Positions 1-9,306 of a DNA stretch of 64,000 bases are shown here, piece after piece; the stretch's first letter is position 1; every line of letters begins with the position of its first letter. Below the pieces are notes generated by a model. That model had not been told where the DNA came from. It saw only the letters and a program-made list of their open reading frames with translations, and did no database searches. The DNA is taken from the NCBI GenBank assembly GCA_031257475.1, contig JAIROP010000026.1:39482-103481 (forward strand). The letters run 5' to 3'. A program made the translations under genes and the position numbers. Origin of the DNA: Holosporaceae bacterium. Its GTDB lineage: Bacteria > Pseudomonadota > Alphaproteobacteria > UBA3830.

Positions 1-1611
1 GACGATATAAAAGATCTCGAAGACAAAGCTAAAAAAATAAAGCTTACCCTCGAAGCACGGGAAAAATTCATATCTGAGTTGAAAAAACTGAGAAACATGT
101 CGCCCCTGTCTCCGGAGGCCAATGTGATCCGCAACTATCTCGATTGGCTCATCGGTATTCCATGGAAAAATCGGTCCAAAATAAAAAGTGACCTAAAATG
201 GGCAAAAAGCATTTTGGATCAGGATCACTATGGCCTTGAGAAGGTTAAGGAAAGAATTCTGGAATTTTTGGCTGTTCAAAATCGAATAGGTAAGATAAAG
301 GGATCCATTTTATGCTTTATGGGGCCTCCCGGGGTTGGAAAAACCTCACTGGCCAAGTCCATAGCCAGGGCTACTGGGCGCAGCTATGTCAAGTTTTCCC
401 TCGGAGGAGTTCGTGATGAATCTGAGATCCGCGGGCACCGCCGAACCTACATTGGATCCATGCCCGGAAAAATCATCTCCTGCATGAAAAAGGCAAAATC
501 TTCAAATCCCCTGTTTCTTTTGGATGAAATAGATAAAATTGGAGCTGATTGGAAGGGAGATCCCGCCAGCGCGCTGCTGGAAGTGCTTGATCCAGAGCAA
601 AACTCCTCTTTCAACGATCACTATTTAGAAGTGGACTATGATTTATCCGATGTAATGTTCATCACGACGGCCAATTCTTTCAAAATGCCAAGTCCTTTGC
701 TAGATCGCTTAGAAATCATCAAACTTTCTGGCTACACAGAGGAGGAAAAAAAAGAAATTGCTAAAAGGCACTTGATTCCCAAAGAGATGAGAGAAAATGG
801 GCTAAAAAATGAGGAATTTAGCATAGATGATGAAGCACTTATGCAACTAATCAGGGATTATACCCGCGAAGCAGGCGTGCGGACTCTGGAACGCGAAATT
901 GCCAGACTAGCTCGTAAGGTAGTCAAAGAATTGACAGAAAATCCTGACATATCCTGCGTGGGGATTACTACGACCAACCTGGAGAAGTACGCTGGTATAG
1001 AGAAATTTCATCGACTGGGAACGGAGGAAAAAAATATTGTTGGCGTCGTCACAGGGTTAGCCTGGACCGAGGTGGGCGGAGAGCTACTCTCAATAGAGAC
1101 AGTCAATGTCCCTGGGAAAGGGAAGACAACTTTAACTGGAAAACTGGGTGATGTCATGCAGGAATCCATACAGGCAGCCATGAGTTTTGTTAGATCCCGT
1201 GCCGTATCCTTTGGCATCGACCCCAAAATTTTCGAAACTACTGATTTTCATATTCATGTTCCAGAGGGCGCTACACCAAAGGACGGCCCCTCGGCCGGCG
1301 TGGCCATGGTCACCGGGATAGTGTCCTCATTGACTTCCGTTCCAGTAAAGAAAGAGGTTGCCATGACCGGAGAAATCACGCTGCGTGGACGGGTACTGCC
1401 AATAGGTGGATTAAAGGAAAAACTTCTGGCAGCGCACCGGGAAGGCATTACTACAGTCCTAATACCAAAGGAAAACGAACCAGATCTGCAGGAGATCCCC
1501 TCCTGCATTTTGCATAGCATGCGCGTTGTAAAGGTGGAGACGGCGGACGATGTTCTAACTGCTGCGCTGTCTCAGGATGTGTACAGTAGAGCTGTTCCTC
1601 CAGAGGCCTGA
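1..1611 (+). CDS. lon: ATP-dependent Lon protease, C-terminal 536 aa (5' end lies outside the window)
   Basis: Frame 1 is open from base 1. AAA+ Walker A GPPGVGKTS, Lon proteolytic signature PKDGPSAG, and YTREAGVR motif are present. Confidence 0.95.
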   Translation, partial: DDIKDLEDKAKKIKLTLEAREKFISELKKLRNMSPLSPEANVIRNYLDWLIGIPWKNRSKIKSDLKWAKSILDQDHYGLEKVKERILEFLAVQNRIGKIKGSILCFMGPPGVGKTSLAKSIARATGRSYVKFSLGGVRDESEIRGHRRTYIGSMPGKIISCMKKAKSSNPLFLLDEIDKIGADWKGDPASALLEVLDPEQNSSFNDHYLEVDYDLSDVMFITTANSFKMPSPLLDRLEIIKLSGYTEEEKKEIAKRHLIPKEMRENGLKNEEFSIDDEALMQLIRDYTREAGVRTLEREIARLARKVVKELTENPDISCVGITTTNLEKYAGIEKFHRLGTEEKNIVGVVTGLAWTEVGGELLSIETVNVPGKGKTTLTGKLGDVMQESIQAAMSFVRSRAVSFGIDPKIFETTDFHIHVPEGATPKDGPSAGVAMVTGIVSSLTSVPVKKEVAMTGEITLRGRVLPIGGLKEKLLAAHREGITTVLIPKENEPDLQEIPSCILHSMRVVKVETADDVLTAALSQDVYSRAVPPEA

Positions 1612-1633
1612 AATTCCGATGTTTAGTTTCATG

Positions 1634-2140
1634 CTATCGAGATCTTAGCCCGATGGGCCTATTCAAAAAATCAACAGCTCCTTGAAGTATGTAAACTGCT
1701 GCGCCTCTATCAATGGATTTGTGGCGTTTTCTGCGTGATAAATTTGCCTCTATCATTATGTTGTCCACAACTTTTGTTGAAAACCTTTCATCCCACTCCA
1801 CAAAATTTACATTGGGATTCATGTGCGATGCCAGTTGTTCAATAAATTTCAGCACCTTTTCACATTGTTTGCCAGGAATTCCGTTCATCTGAAGTGGCCA
1901 TCCGAAGATCACTAGTCCAATTTTGTGATGTCGAACGCTGTGCAGTAGTGCAGAACAGCAGACATCCATACTTCCGCCTCTCACGATCGTCGTCAGGCCG
2001 CTGGCGATTTTTATCCCCTCATCGGAGATGGCCACGCCAATGGTTTTGTCCCCAACATCTAGCCCCATAACAACCAATTTAGAAGATATCAATCTGTCTA
2101 TTTCAATCTCCGCTATCTGCTTCATAAAAAAATTCTCCAT
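1634..2140 (-). CDS. ruvX: Holliday junction resolvase-like RuvX/YqgF
   Basis: N-terminal MGLDVGDKTIGVAISD motif typical of the YqgF family; length about 165 aa. The start could instead be the internal Met at 2125. Confidence 0.85.
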   Translation of the reverse strand: MENFFMKQIAEIEIDRLISSKLVVMGLDVGDKTIGVAISDEGIKIASGLTTIVRGGSMDVCCSALLHSVRHHKIGLVIFGWPLQMNGIPGKQCEKVLKFIEQLASHMNPNVNFVEWDERFSTKVVDNIMIEANLSRRKRHKSIDRGAAVYILQGAVDFLNRPIGLRSR

Positions 2141-2203
2141 TTTAATAATCTTTAAAACAAATTAGTGTAGTATCAGTTTGTTTCCTTTGAAATGGAGTAA
2201 AAT

Positions 2204-2401
2204 ATGCTGTCGAAACAATCATTGGACATCTTGCTTGATCTTGTCGAAATAAAATTAAGCTCCATAATGATACTGGACAAAGACGATATCCGAGAAATTC
2301 AACGTCTAAAGAATTGTAAAAATGAACTGCTTTGCTCAAAAAGATCTCTGCAGATAAAAACAGTACCCAGTAACGGAGACATCTCTGCTGCCATCTGCTG
2401 A
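2204..2401 (+). CDS. Hypothetical small protein (65 aa)
   Basis: ORF in an otherwise empty 386-bp gap with GGAG about 8 nt upstream of the ATG. No recognisable family. Confidence 0.25.
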   Translation: MLSKQSLDILLDLVEIKLSSIMILDKDDIREIQRLKNCKNELLCSKRSLQIKTVPSNGDISAAIC

Positions 2402-2526
2402 AAAAACCACTGCTATTGACTAGGCGGAGAACTATACATTTTCTCAATCTCAATCCCCGCCGCTCCTTCTATTTGTTCCTCATCTCTGGTCAGCTTCCAT
2501 TATTATTTTTGTGATTGTTTATCTGT

Positions 2527-3780
2527 TCACCATATGCGTCCTGGAACCCACTCTTTTAGTGCTCGCTCCTTTGTTCTCTCAAAATACTGCAGAAAACGAC
2601 ATTCGTTCCTTTCTCTGATGGCACCACTGTCTGCATTCAGACGATCTATAATTTCTAGTTCATCCTGATTAGTAGTCCGCTGCCGCAAGGCGTCAGACAA
2701 TCGCATTACATCATCGGGATTACAGTCTGCCAACCAATTCACTTGCTGACCTATCCAGCTGACATCTCTGAGATTCTTAAGAAAATCCTGCAGCTCCTCT
2801 GTCATCTCTCCAATATTTAATGGTATCTTGTGTAAAATAGAACTCTGGTGTTGTCTATAATAATATAGAGGAATATGATAACGGCCTTGTTGGGGAAGCA
2901 AAACCACCTCTTGTTGTCCCCATGGAGCAAATGACATATCTTTCAAGTCATTGTCTCTCATTTTACTCAATGTTTCTATATCTACCCTGACTAAAATAGG
3001 AACATACCCTGCAGTTCGCCCTAATTGCTCAACTTTCCTGCGACCATCTTGGTCCCATTCTGCCGCCACTTCAGCTACTTTAGAAAAAGGTGTTGCAATG
3101 CTTACATTTTCTTGTATAATATAAGGTTCGTTTAGGAGTCTCAGTCGGTCTAAATCACCTCTGCCAAACATGGTTGTTAAATACTCTCCGCGCACGACCC
3201 CTACTTTCATCTGGAGTGCCGCAAAAACCAAAGTAGGACACAACATTTGATGAACAATATCATCTGAGTCAAGAAATAAACAAAAACACAGCATGTTTTT
3301 ACAAGCACGTCGGCATTCTTTATTGCACATAAAATGCCAAGGAATCCCTTCTCTCAGGTATCTTTGCCTGCTTTCTGAAACTCCCATTGGCACCGCGTTA
3401 ACTAGTACTGTACTGTACTGTATCATATTACATCTATACAAAGCATCACCAAGAACTTTACATTCGCCAGCAACATCAGCATCCGTTTGGACAGGACTCC
3501 GATCGATAACAAAAATATGATGGTAACTGCAACCTAAAGAATCTAGAGACCCAGCAATAGATCTTACATAATCCTCTGTGAAAGGAATATTGTTGAAGAC
3601 AGTAGTACAAACTATCAAATAACATCTTCTCAGTTGATCTGGCACAGTCTCCGCGAAATTAACTACCTTATACGTAGGATCCACTGCAGCTCCTGGTAAC
3701 GCGCTTGCTTGGCGCCTGTCCATTCCAAAACCATTCAGTACAAACAGGCTGATCATGATCCCATAAATCAACTTTTTCAT
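2527..3780 (-). CDS. Signal-peptide-bearing GT-A (family 2-like) glycosyltransferase
   Basis: Start chosen at MKKLIYGIMISLFVLNGFG (hydrophobic signal or anchor, AGGAGA RBS upstream). GT-A landmarks: LIVCTTVFNN, FVIDRSP, and the DxD motif LFLDSDDIV. Confidence 0.6.
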   Translation of the reverse strand: MKKLIYGIMISLFVLNGFGMDRRQASALPGAAVDPTYKVVNFAETVPDQLRRCYLIVCTTVFNNIPFTEDYVRSIAGSLDSLGCSYHHIFVIDRSPVQTDADVAGECKVLGDALYRCNMIQYSTVLVNAVPMGVSESRQRYLREGIPWHFMCNKECRRACKNMLCFCLFLDSDDIVHQMLCPTLVFAALQMKVGVVRGEYLTTMFGRGDLDRLRLLNEPYIIQENVSIATPFSKVAEVAAEWDQDGRRKVEQLGRTAGYVPILVRVDIETLSKMRDNDLKDMSFAPWGQQEVVLLPQQGRYHIPLYYYRQHQSSILHKIPLNIGEMTEELQDFLKNLRDVSWIGQQVNWLADCNPDDVMRLSDALRQRTTNQDELEIIDRLNADSGAIRERNECRFLQYFERTKERALKEWVPGRIW

Positions 3781-3968
3781 TATTCCTCTCCTTTTAGTAA
3801 CGAAAGCCTCCATGCAAAATTCACAAAAACACCACAGCACACCAAATTGTCGCTCTAATACTAACAACTGGAGCATTTGCAACGCAAACTACTTATGAAT
3901 TTGTGTAACCCAACGATATAAAAGAATTAAGCGACCACATTACAACACAATATGCTATAAAAACGTGG

Positions 3969-4253
3969 TTAGGATGCTATTTTAGCTTTCAACAGGTTTT
4001 TCAGACTACGAAATCTAGATGACAATGAATCGCTAGGCGTATTTATAAGGTACGCATCGATTCCACCTTTCTTTTCCACAGAACGAATGGCGCTGGCAGA
4101 AAGACGAATTCTAATCTTAATCCCAAGCGTATCGCTAAGGAAAGATACATTCTGAAGATTAGGCATAAAACGCCGTTTAGTCTTATTATTTGCATGGCTC
4201 ACCATATTGCCACGCAATACACCTTTACCAGACAGTGGACAAACTCTAGCCAT
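3969..4253 (-). CDS. rpmB: 50S ribosomal protein L28
   Basis: MARVCPLSGKGVLRGNMVSHANNKTKRRFMPNLQ is the canonical L28 N-terminus. The longer ORF start at 4289 was rejected. Confidence 0.9.
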   Translation of the reverse strand: MARVCPLSGKGVLRGNMVSHANNKTKRRFMPNLQNVSFLSDTLGIKIRIRLSASAIRSVEKKGGIDAYLINTPSDSLSSRFRSLKNLLKAKIAS

Positions 4254-4363
4254 AGTTGACCCTCTTTTATGCGCCTTTATATAGTACAATGAACGGTAAA
4301 GTCAATCTTTATGAAGTAAAATTAATCGTGGAAATCTATTGGAGTAGATCTGTTACTAATGTG

Positions 4364-4379
4364 TTAATAAATTGTTAAC
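4364..4379. promoter_or_regulatory. CtrA-type box TTAA-N7-TTAAC (TTAATAAATTGTTAAC)
   Basis: Perfect match to the alphaproteobacterial CtrA consensus, read directly in the rpmB / tRNA-Pro intergenic region. Confidence 0.4.
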
Positions 4380-4518
4380 TATTTATACTCGTCTGTGACG
4401 AACCAGTTTTTTTACACATTTTATTAACAGAATATCAAACACACAGAAAATAATTTTCTAAAAAAGCCATATTTTTTTTCCATTGGTTTACGAATAGTTA
4501 ACACTGCAGATCAAATGG

Positions 4519-4534
4519 TTAATTTTTTATTAAC
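4519..4534. promoter_or_regulatory. CtrA-type box TTAA-N7-TTAAC (TTAATTTTTTATTAAC)
   Basis: Second perfect full-site match, 155 bp from the first. Extra TTAAC half sites lie at 4434-4438 and 4498-4502. Confidence 0.4.
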
Positions 4535-4625
4535 AAACTATCATTCTCAATATCATCCACAACAATAAAAATACTTTTCTATATTGAAATGCTGTTATTG
4601 TTAGAGTAAACAGTATCCAGTCGAA

Positions 4626-4702
<77 letters not shown>

Positions 4703-4733
4703 AAATACGTCAGGAGCAAAGAATAGCGGAAGA

Positions 4734-5642
4734 ATGTTATCCACCTGTAAATCCGAGGGATGGTTATGCTTTAATAAACCGGAAGGTATGTCATCAAATC
4801 TCGCAATGATGGTGGTGAGGAGAATCCTTGCGGAAAATACGGGGTATATCGGAACACTTGACCCATTTGCCACCGGAGTTCTTCCAATCGCCGTTGGAAA
4901 AGCCAGAAGATTTATAAGGTTTATTGAAAAGTCCACTAAAGAGTATGTTTTTACTATGGTTTTTGGTAAATCCACAAACACTATCGATAAAAGTGGTAAA
5001 ATCATTGGAGAGACTGCCAACATACCTACTAAAATGACGATTTTAGAGGTAATGAAGAGTTTTATTGGAACGATAGAACAGCTCCCACCATCATTTTCAG
5101 CAATCAAGATTGGAGGGATAAGAGCCTGTGACAGAGTAAGACGAGGGGAAGATGTCAAATTACCAATCCGAAATGTGTGCATCCATAGTCTTGAAGTTTT
5201 GGGTAATAATCTGGAGGAAAGACATGCGATTACGATGAAAGTTACCTGCTCAGCTGGCACGTATGTACGCAGTATTGCACGCGACATCGCTGAAAAATCT
5301 GGATCAATGGCATACGTTGAATCACTATGTAGACTCAAGTCTGGCTTTTTTTCATTTAACAATGCTATTTCTATGGAAAAGTTGCTAAAAATAAGAGATA
5401 CTGGAAAGCTTGTTGATGTTTTAATTCCCATGGAAAGTCCGCTGGACGACATCCCGGCCTTGTATATAAGGGGAGATGACATTACCAAGCTGCAAAACGG
5501 GGTACAAGTACCTGCCGAGCGAAGTGAGCTGGCGTTGTCGAATGTGAGAATTATGGATGATAGCGTTGGGAAGTTTCACGGAATTGGACTCATATCCAAC
5601 GATGGTTTTGTAAAGCCCGTGAGTATGTTGGTCGATAATTAA
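4734..5642 (+). CDS. truB: tRNA pseudouridine-55 synthase
   Basis: GWLCFNKPEGMSSN ... GTLDPFATGVLPIAVGKA motifs (catalytic Asp context). The start was moved downstream of tRNA-Pro. Confidence 0.9.
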   Translation: MLSTCKSEGWLCFNKPEGMSSNLAMMVVRRILAENTGYIGTLDPFATGVLPIAVGKARRFIRFIEKSTKEYVFTMVFGKSTNTIDKSGKIIGETANIPTKMTILEVMKSFIGTIEQLPPSFSAIKIGGIRACDRVRRGEDVKLPIRNVCIHSLEVLGNNLEERHAITMKVTCSAGTYVRSIARDIAEKSGSMAYVESLCRLKSGFFSFNNAISMEKLLKIRDTGKLVDVLIPMESPLDDIPALYIRGDDITKLQNGVQVPAERSELALSNVRIMDDSVGKFHGIGLISNDGFVKPVSMLVDN

Positions 5643-5654
5643 ACTACGGAGAAG

Positions 5655-5918
5655 ATGTCGATGGAAAATAAACAGAGTGTTATCAATAGGTTTGCAACTC
5701 ACAGCGGAGATACTGGATCTCCGGAGGTGCAGGTGGCTATCCTAACGACGAGGATTAATTCGCTGGGAGAACATATGAACGTCCACGTCAAGGATTTTCA
5801 CTCGCGACGTGGACTTCTCGGAATGGTGAGTAGGAGAAGAAAGCTTCTTGATTATCTCAAGAGTATAGATCCTGCCAGGTATACAAAGCTTATTAAAGAG
5901 CTTGGTCTGAGAAGATAA
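5655..5918 (+). CDS. rpsO: 30S ribosomal protein S15
   Basis: [11 protein letters not shown] ... DFHSRRGLL signature; conserved truB-rpsO-pnp order. Confidence 0.95.
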   Translation: MSMENKQSVINRFATHSGDTGSPEVQVAILTTRINSLGEHMNVHVKDFHSRRGLLGMVSRRRKLLDYLKSIDPARYTKLIKELGLRR

Positions 5919-5949
5919 TAGCTAATGGTATAAATTAGGAATAAAGTAA

Positions 5950-8016
5950 ATGTTTAAACGAAAAATCATGTGGGGCGACAGACCACTGCTAATCGAAACT
6001 GGGCACTTTGCTAACCAGGCCACAGGGGCTGTAACCGTAAGATACGGTGATACAATAGTGCTGTGCACAGTGGTGGCGGACAGAAAATGCAGCACCGATG
6101 AGGATTTTTTCCCACTTACCGTGAATTATGTGGAAAAGGCCTATGCAGCTGGTAAAATTCCAGGTGGATTTGTAAAAAGAGAAGGACGTCCATCCGAAAG
6201 GGAAACGTTAATATCGCGACTAATAGATCGTCCTCTGCGTCCTTTATTTCATGAAAACTTTAGAAATGAAACACAGATCATCTGTACGGTTCTAAGTTTT
6301 GATGGGGAAAATGATGCAGATATAATTTCCATCATAGGAGCCTCGGCTGCATTGGTTCTCTCAGGTATTCCGTTTATGGGACCAGTGGCTGCAGCGAAAA
6401 TAGGGTATGAAAATGACAAGTTCATTCTAAATCCAAAGATTGGCTATGAATCAAATCTGGATCTGATCATTGCTGGCTCAAGGGATGGTATTTTGATGGT
6501 TGAATCGGGATCAAATGAGCTATCAGAGGCCAACATGATGGCCGCACTGAGATTTGGTCACAGGTCTTTTCAGCCGGTGATTGATATCATCATAGAATTG
6601 GCAGAGGAATGCGCAAAAGAACCATGGGATGTTCCAGAGAAGTCGAGTGAGTTTAAGCAGATAACTGCAGAAGTCTCGAAAAAATTCCTCAGGGATATTA
6701 AAAAAGCATATGGCGGAAAATGCAAGCATGATCGCAATGAAGCTCTGTCACAGGTGAAGGACAGTATAATTGAGTATTTGGCCGGAAGAGAAGAAGTCAC
6801 AGACGGTATGTTAAATGAGATCTTTACTAACATATGTGCAGACTTTGTACGCGGTAGAATATTATCTGCCGGTAAACGGGTGGACGGCAGAAGTCCAGAG
6901 GACATTAGGCAGATCAGCGTAGAAGCATCTGCTCTACCGAATGTGCATGGATCAGCTGTGTTTCAAAGAGGAGAAACGCAGGCAATTGCTGTTGCAACTC
7001 TTGGGACGGCCCAGGACGAGCAGGTAGTTGATTCCATCATTGGAGAATACAAAGAAAGATTTATGCTGCATTATAATTTTCCACCGTTCTCTGTAGGAGA
7101 AGTAGGACGCCTGGGATCTCCAGGTCGACGTGAAATAGGACACGGAAAACTGGCCTGGCGAGCGATAAACCCGGTACTGCCATCCCGTGAGAAGTTTCCG
7201 TATTCGATCAGAGTTGTCTCGGAGGTGTTATCCTGCAATGGTTCCTCATCCATGGCCACCGTCTGTGGAGCGTCTCTGGCTCTAATGGACGCAGGAGTTC
7301 CAATAAAAAGTGCTGTTGCCGGCATCGCCATGGGGCTGGTCATTGATAGCAACAAGCATGAAATCCTTAGCGATATTATGGGTGAAGAAGATCATCTGGG
7401 AGATATGGATTTTAAAGTTGCTGGGACTGAACACGGCATTACTGCGCTGCAGATGGATGTCAAGGTAACAAGCGTCACATTTGAAATCGTTGAAAAGGCT
7501 ATATTACAGGCTAGAGTTGGACGTCTACATATTTTAAACGAGATGGCTAAAGGATTGAAGACTCACAGAACGGAATTGAACGAAAACGCTCCCAAAATGA
7601 CAACCATTACTATCCCCAAAGATAAAATTCGAGAAGTTATAGGATCTGGCGGTAAGGTAATTCGTGAGATTATAGATCGTACTGGAGCAAAAATAGACAT
7701 AGATGATGATGGAAATGTAGCTGTTGCCGCTCAGAGTGCGTCATCACTGGAGGAAGCCGTTAATATGATCAAGGGAATAGCCGTTGATCCGGTTTGCGGC
7801 ACTGTGTATAGTGGAAAAGTGGTAAAAATCATGGAGTTTGGAGCATTCATTAATTTCTATGGAAACCGCGAAGGACTTGTGCATATCAGCGAAATGTCCA
7901 GCAAGAGAGTTGAAAAAGTAACTGATGTAGTGCGCGAAGGCGATGAGGTGAACGTAAAGTTTCTTGGATGCGATAGCAAAGGACGTGCCAAATTAACGAT
8001 GAAGTTTACTCAGTAA
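5950..8016 (+). CDS. pnp: Polyribonucleotide nucleotidyltransferase (PNPase)
   Basis: Two RNase PH-like cores followed by KH (IGSGGKVIREI) and S1 (GKVVKIMEFGAFINF) domains; 688 aa. Confidence 0.97.
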   Translation: MFKRKIMWGDRPLLIETGHFANQATGAVTVRYGDTIVLCTVVADRKCSTDEDFFPLTVNYVEKAYAAGKIPGGFVKREGRPSERETLISRLIDRPLRPLFHENFRNETQIICTVLSFDGENDADIISIIGASAALVLSGIPFMGPVAAAKIGYENDKFILNPKIGYESNLDLIIAGSRDGILMVESGSNELSEANMMAALRFGHRSFQPVIDIIIELAEECAKEPWDVPEKSSEFKQITAEVSKKFLRDIKKAYGGKCKHDRNEALSQVKDSIIEYLAGREEVTDGMLNEIFTNICADFVRGRILSAGKRVDGRSPEDIRQISVEASALPNVHGSAVFQRGETQAIAVATLGTAQDEQVVDSIIGEYKERFMLHYNFPPFSVGEVGRLGSPGRREIGHGKLAWRAINPVLPSREKFPYSIRVVSEVLSCNGSSSMATVCGASLALMDAGVPIKSAVAGIAMGLVIDSNKHEILSDIMGEEDHLGDMDFKVAGTEHGITALQMDVKVTSVTFEIVEKAILQARVGRLHILNEMAKGLKTHRTELNENAPKMTTITIPKDKIREVIGSGGKVIREIIDRTGAKIDIDDDGNVAVAAQSASSLEEAVNMIKGIAVDPVCGTVYSGKVVKIMEFGAFINFYGNREGLVHISEMSSKRVEKVTDVVREGDEVNVKFLGCDSKGRAKLTMKFTQ

Positions 8017-8034
8017 TCAAAGGAGGTTGGCGAA

Positions 8035-9306
8035 GTGCTATTTTCAAGATTTTTTGCACACACCTCCAGAGAAGTGCCATCTGATGCCAAGATTGCATCC
8101 CATAGATTGATGCTGCGATCTGGCATGATTTCTCAGACGGCATCTGGTATATACTGCTGGTTACCATTGGCTGTACGTATCCTAGATAAAATATCACAAA
8201 TAATTTGCGAAGAACAGGATAGGATAGGGGCGAATCGCGTGTACTTCACAACCGTGCAGCCAGCGGATCTGTGGATAGAAAGCGGACGGTATGCAGCCTA
8301 CGGAAAAGAAATGCTACGCATCAAAGATCGTAAGGATGGTGATTTTCTTTACAGTCCCACCAACGAGGAGCAGGCAACCGATGTTTTCAGAAAGTACGTG
8401 AAAAGTTATAGAGGGTTACCAGTGCTTTTATACCAGATACACTGGAAGTTTCGGGATGAGATTCGTCCACGCTTCGGTGTAATGCGTGGACGGGAATTTC
8501 TGATGAAGGATGGATACTCATTTGATATAAGTTTTGAAGATGCCACCAGGACCTATGAAAAGGTTTTTAAATCCTATCTGACAATCTTTCGCAGAGTGGG
8601 AATGCTCCCCATACCCGTGCAAGCTGATTCGGGAGCCATTGGTGGCAACATGAGTCATGAATTTCAAATTCTGGCGAATACCGGAGAAAGTACCATCTAC
8701 TATGATAAGAAACTACTGGAGGCTTCAGACGATGAACTGATGACCACATTCGCAGTTACGGACGAAAAGTACGATCCACAAAGTGTAGCTACACAGGAAA
8801 AGGATCTAATGATTTCGAAAGGCGTTGAGGTTGGGCATGTCTTCCACTTCGGGACGAAATATTCTAAGGCTATGAACACATTCGTGTTAAATGAAAAAGG
8901 TGACAAAATATTTCCGGAAATGGGATCCTATGGCATAGGCGTATCAAGACTTGTGGCAGCAATCATCGAGGCTTCCCATGACGAACGCGGGATTATCTGG
9001 CCAGAAGCGGTGGCTCCGTTTGACGTTACCATCCTCAATTTGCACGTAAATAATGCAATTTGCTGTGAAATTGCTGAAGACGTTTACCGTGCCATATCTG
9101 CATCCGTCAGGTATGAAGTGCTCTACGACGATCGCAACATAACTGTTGGAGAAAAGCTAATGGACGCCGATTTGATAGGAGTGCCCTGGCAGGTTATTGT
9201 TGGATCACAGAAGGCACAGCGTGGCGTCGTAGAGCTGAAAAATAGGAAAAGTGGGGAAGTTAAAGAAATGTCACCAACCGAAGTCATTGGGAGATTCATG
9301 GGCTAA
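8035..9306 (+). CDS. proS: Proline--tRNA ligase (short alphaproteobacterial type)
   Basis: SHRLMLRSGMISQ, FRDEIRPRFGVMRGREFLMKD class II motifs; GTG start. Confidence 0.93.
   Translation: MLFSRFFAHTSREVPSDAKIASHRLMLRSGMISQTASGIYCWLPLAVRILDKISQIICEEQDRIGANRVYFTTVQPADLWIESGRYAAYGKEMLRIKDRKDGDFLYSPTNEEQATDVFRKYVKSYRGLPVLLYQIHWKFRDEIRPRFGVMRGREFLMKDGYSFDISFEDATRTYEKVFKSYLTIFRRVGMLPIPVQADSGAIGGNMSHEFQILANTGESTIYYDKKLLEASDDELMTTFAVTDEKYDPQSVATQEKDLMISKGVEVGHVFHFGTKYSKAMNTFVLNEKGDKIFPEMGSYGIGVSRLVAAIIEASHDERGIIWPEAVAPFDVTILNLHVNNAICCEIAEDVYRAISASVRYEVLYDDRNITVGEKLMDADLIGVPWQVIVGSQKAQRGVVELKNRKSGEVKEMSPTEVIGRFMG

Noticed and set aside
2142-2453. 103-aa minus-strand ORF between ruvX and the glycosyltransferase gene.
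   Set aside because: It has no RBS or motif support and overlaps the equally weak plus-strand 65-aa ORF. Neither can be supported beyond low confidence.
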